NCBI GenBank assembly: GCA_051294375.1
Contig: CM119270.1
Span: 14,730,046-14,794,045 of the forward strand
Length of the DNA: 64,000 nt
DNA from: Paraspadella gotoi
Lineage: Eukaryota > Animalia > Chaetognatha
Direction of reading: 5' to 3'
Position numbers and translations under genes: made by a program. Below the pieces are notes generated by a model that searched no databases, was not told the DNA's origin, and worked only from the letters and a program-made list of their open reading frames with translations. Of this stretch, positions 60,072-64,000 are shown in pieces; within the stretch, counting starts at the first letter, position 1; the number at the start of each line of letters is the position of its first letter.

Positions 60072-61020
60072 TTTTTTAAAAATTTTGATCGTCTGAACTG
60101 CGACAGAAAGAGAAAAATCTGAATGTAACGGCCGAGACAAAATGTGGAAATTTGTATTGGTAGACGTTTTAATGTTTTATTATAATAGAGAAAAATGACA
60201 AACAATTGATGAATATTTTGCAATAAATTTAAGGTAGTTCGAGTTTAAAATTTTATCTGGGTCATCTAGAAACATTTTAGACGCTTATTTTTATTTTGAG
60301 ACGGCCTAAAAGTGTCAACATAAAAAAGTGAAAAAACTTTTTTTTTATTTTTAATTATTTAATCCCCGAACTTTAATTTTGTTTGTGTTTTTGATAAATA
60401 GATTTAATTGAAAACAGTGACTTTAGGTGAACGAACTTATTTTTAAGCTGTAAGCGTTTTCAAATGGTTAATCTGGAACTTCCAGAAATAAACATAATAC
60501 CGCAAAACCCGGAGAAATTGTGAAATTGTTTGGAAATCAGATTTTGAGTCACGCGCAGTTAAAAAGATAAACCGCAAAGGTATTGAGTTTCGTCTTTTTT
60601 AGGCCATGGAAATTGTCAGGGGAAGATTCACCGTCAGCCTGCGGAAAAAATAAAATTCATTTATTTTAAATTTTAAAGAAGTTAAACACAGATCATATCT
60701 CATTCTACCAATAATCATAAACAAAAATAAAAACAATGAATACAAGCGCCCAATATCGATTTTACAAATAAAAATATGGTCCTCGTATTGAGCGTCGTCA
60801 CTAAACAATGTTTAAAAATAAAAATAATAAACAAAAAATGAAAGGGAGAACCATCATTGCTTCGCGCAGCACGTGGTTGTCGTCGTTGTTGTCGCCAAAG
60901 GCTTTCATTTCGCCATCGATCGTTCGTCTATGGTGCACATGGTGTGAAAAACGAAGCAAGAGAGAGAATTGTGACTTTTAGTTAAATTGGAATAATCTCT
61001 CTCTCTCTCCTCTCTCCTCT

Positions 61021-61056
<36 letters not shown>

Positions 61057-61995
61057 CTACCTCCCTCCCTCCCTCAGATCACTCTCCCTTTAGTTCACCC
61101 CTCTGTTCCTCCCGCTAATCCATATTAATATGATTCAAGCAAAGGACAAAGCCCTCGCCTGCAAAGCCAATTTAGCCTCGCTCCGGCTTAATTGGCCTCC
61201 CTTTTTTCGTGACGGTGTTTTTAAAGCGGCGTGAGAAATATTTTCAACTTTGGTCGTAGTAGAGGAGTCTGTTCCGTTTGTCTGTATTTGAATCTGTTCG
61301 TTTGGGACGTGAGAAACTCTCAGTTTATTCTAGTTGTAATCCTTCACGAGATTTACCCTGGGAACTGACTCNNNNNNNNNNGAGAGGCGACGGTCGACGA
61401 CGACACGCAAGAAGACGACAACGACGATGACGACGATGACGACGATGACGTGAAAAATGGGTCTCTTTCTGGCGGGCTGACTTCCCTGGTGAATCACGTC
61501 TCAGCTGTGAAACTCACCTCCTCAAGGTCTCTCACCCGCGTGGCCTCACGGACTAACAGTCTCACAGTCTCACAGTCTTAAATCAGAATTCTCATCGCGT
61601 CCACCACAAACTTTTTTTTATCTTTTCGTCAGTTTCTCTCGAATTCTTCATTTCATTTCATTTCATTTCATTTCATTTCATTTCATTTCATTTCATTTCA
61701 TTTCATTTCATTTCATTTCATTTTGTTTTTTTTTTCTAGACCACGTTTTCATTTAATATTAATCTCAGACCTTTTTAGCTTTAATTTTTCCAGGCATTTT
61801 CGTTATTTTTTTAGTCGAATAAAACCTCACATAGCTGATATATATCCAAATAATAGATGAATCCAAAGCATTACTGAATTGTCAGCTCAAGCAATCAGAA
61901 AATTCATCACTTGGCTTCCGCCTCCATTATTAATCATACTAATCGTCTGATCATTTTTAAAACCCAACCATTTGTCCTTTTTGCACTCTCTCCTC

Positions 61996-62077
<82 letters not shown>

Positions 62078-62687
62078 CTTCTCTCTCTACTCTCTGTGTC
62101 TTTGGATAATCACGACATTCAATTTTCACTGTGGCATGATCACAAATTCATTCATCCATTTAATTGTGAGATTCTAATTCGCAAAGGATTTGTCTTTTCC
62201 TTCGCATTGACTTCGCCTTTCATTCCTACCGGTTCATCGTCACGCAAGTTACCTTTTACTTTCTTTCTTCCCTTCCTTTTCTTTTCTTTCTCTGGTCTTT
62301 GTCTTGTCTTTTCTCTTTTCCTTCCTATCATCTAATTTCCTAACATTTTCATTCCTTTCTTTTCCATTACTTATTTTTTTCTCTCTATTTTCTTCTCAAC
62401 TTATTCAATTTCATTTACTTTCCTTTTTCACCCTTCCTTTCTTCCTTCATTCTTTTCCCAAATACTGATTCCGATTTCCTTATTCTTCTTTCCTCCCTCC
62501 CCCCTCGTATTTTTCTTTCCCTTCCTCGCATCTTCATCCTTCACCCGATTTTTCTCGCACTTTTTTTTTCTTTCAAATTTTTTTTCTCCCACCTTCCTCC
62601 AACCTCCAACTCTCTCTCCTTTCCTTTCCTCCATCTCTTTTTTTTTATCTTTTCTTTTTCTCGCGACTTTGTTTCCCTTCCTCCAAC

Positions 62688-62784
62688 CTGAGGCGGAGAC
62701 GACGTAAACTGCATCGACGACGGCGACGACGACGACGAAGACGACGACGAGAACGACAAGGACGACGACGGCGAAGATCCGCAT
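62688..62784 (-). CDS. Orphan coding exon encoding a Val-rich signal peptide (downstream exons unresolved)
   Basis: MRIFAVVVLVVLVVVFVVVVAVVDAVYVVSAS-G|gttgga (phase 1); upstream acceptor tttcag at ~62890; exon-like segments at ~61518-61580 and ~60853-60928 may belong to it. Confidence 0.5.
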
Positions 62785-63658
62785 CTCGTTGCCCTTTTGT
62801 TGAGATTTTAGTTTACTGTTTTTTTTTCTTTTCGTTCTATGTGTTTTCCTTTTTAGAAATTCTTAGTCTTGGATCGGCGATCGTAGGACCTGAAAGAAAA
62901 TTAGACTCAGATGAAATTTGGCATTGGGACGTAAAGTTAGGTTGAATAATGCGTCGTCGTCTTCGTCGTTGTCGTCGTCGTCGTTTTCGTTTGAACTATT
63001 TGAGCTTCCGAAATAGTATAATAAAATAATTAACATTTAAAAAATAAGAAATAAGAAAAGCAAAACGTTTAAGATTCCATCTTAACGTCGATGTTTNNNN
63101 NNNNNNNNNNNNNNNNNNNNNGATGTTTAGAAGTGAGGTGGGCTACTGAAAGGGATACGAGAAAATAGGAAAGTGAAAGAGGTAAAGATAGAAAGAGAGG
63201 AGAAGAGAGATGAGAGAGAGAGAGAGAGAGAGGAGAAGAAGAGAGAGAGAGGAGAGAGAGAGAGAGAGACGAGAGAGAGAAGGAGAGGGGTTTTTGCGCC
63301 CTCGAAGAAGAAAAAATAGGCGGAAGCAGCGACCGCGCGGCAGGTCAGGATGACGCCATCCCGCTTGTCGCACTGTACAACGCTGCACGTACATGCCGTG
63401 GACTTTCTGTGCAACGTAACCTGTTCTGACTTGCACGTGAACTTGCCACTAAGAACAGGAACGAAAACCCCGATCCGTAAAAAGAACGTTTTAGCCAACA
63501 TCGTCGAGAACGCGTGAGCTTTTCGGCTCGAGGCGCGGAATATTATCACCGTGACTTGACTCTCTCCTAAAATGTAAGTCCATCCTTTTTAGAAATTAAG
63601 CATTAAACAATACCATCTAATAGGCTGGAGAGAAGTAGAGAGAGAGAGAGGAGAGAGA

Positions 63659-63706
<48 letters not shown>

Positions 63707-64000
63707 GAGAGAGAGAAGAGAAGAGAGAGAGAGAGAATTTAATCCACTGGCTCAGTTGTGGCGTAGCATTATCCACACGGCCTCTTAAAATTCACGGGAT
63801 TTGATTGATTCGAATGAGATCAATCCGAAACTCACTGAAACGTGAGAGGAAATCACAAAAAGTCCAAAGGAAAGCGGGAAACGAAAGAGTGCTCAAAATG
63901 GCGGCGAAAAAAAGAAGAGAATAGAATAGACATTCAGAAGGCGTTGAATATCTTTCCCATATGCTGGGGATATTCATTATGGTTTTGTTGTAAAATTCTG

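Noticed and set aside
63127-63549. Cys-containing minus-strand ORF as another toxin-like peptide
   Set aside because: No clear signal peptide or Cys framework, and it runs into (CT)n; more likely promoter/5' region (contains CACGTG and TACGTG motifs).

Overview
Eukaryotic (bilaterian invertebrate-type) genomic DNA: AT-rich, packed with (GA)n, (GAC/GTC)n and tetranucleotide microsatellites, with 8 N-gaps. Most ORFs in the track are microsatellite artefacts; the real genes are spliced and were reconstructed by hand. In order: (1) a KLF1/2/4-type Krueppel-like factor whose body and three zinc fingers lie in one 2.3-kb exon (+); (2) a two-exon secreted 111-aa peptide with two tandem knottin (ICK)-like domains (-, 6853-7269), whose Cys-rich exon the ORF track misses; (3) a metabotropic glutamate receptor-like gene (+, 11 exons, 18062-49725) covering only the Venus-flytrap domain, with a Lys-to-Leu change at a glutamate-contact position and a 70-aa acidic/polybasic insert; no cysteine-rich domain or 7TM exons are visible in the window; (4) two tandem 8-exon GILT (IFI30-like) thiol reductase paralogues (-), one SapA+CXXC with a GC-AG intron, one CXXS without SapA; (5) two orphan poly-Val signal-peptide exons (-). 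About 12 kb (9.1-20.8 kb) is repeated as an indel-rich copy (20.8-33.4 kb) across a 25-N junction, and a smaller duplication lies at 39-41.5 kb; both are probably long-read gap-filling artefacts. Other elements: a hammerhead-like core, a tRNA-Leu 3' half, SINE-like copies, foldbacks and a 60-bp minisatellite containing a splice donor. All exon structures are manual predictions without transcript evidence.
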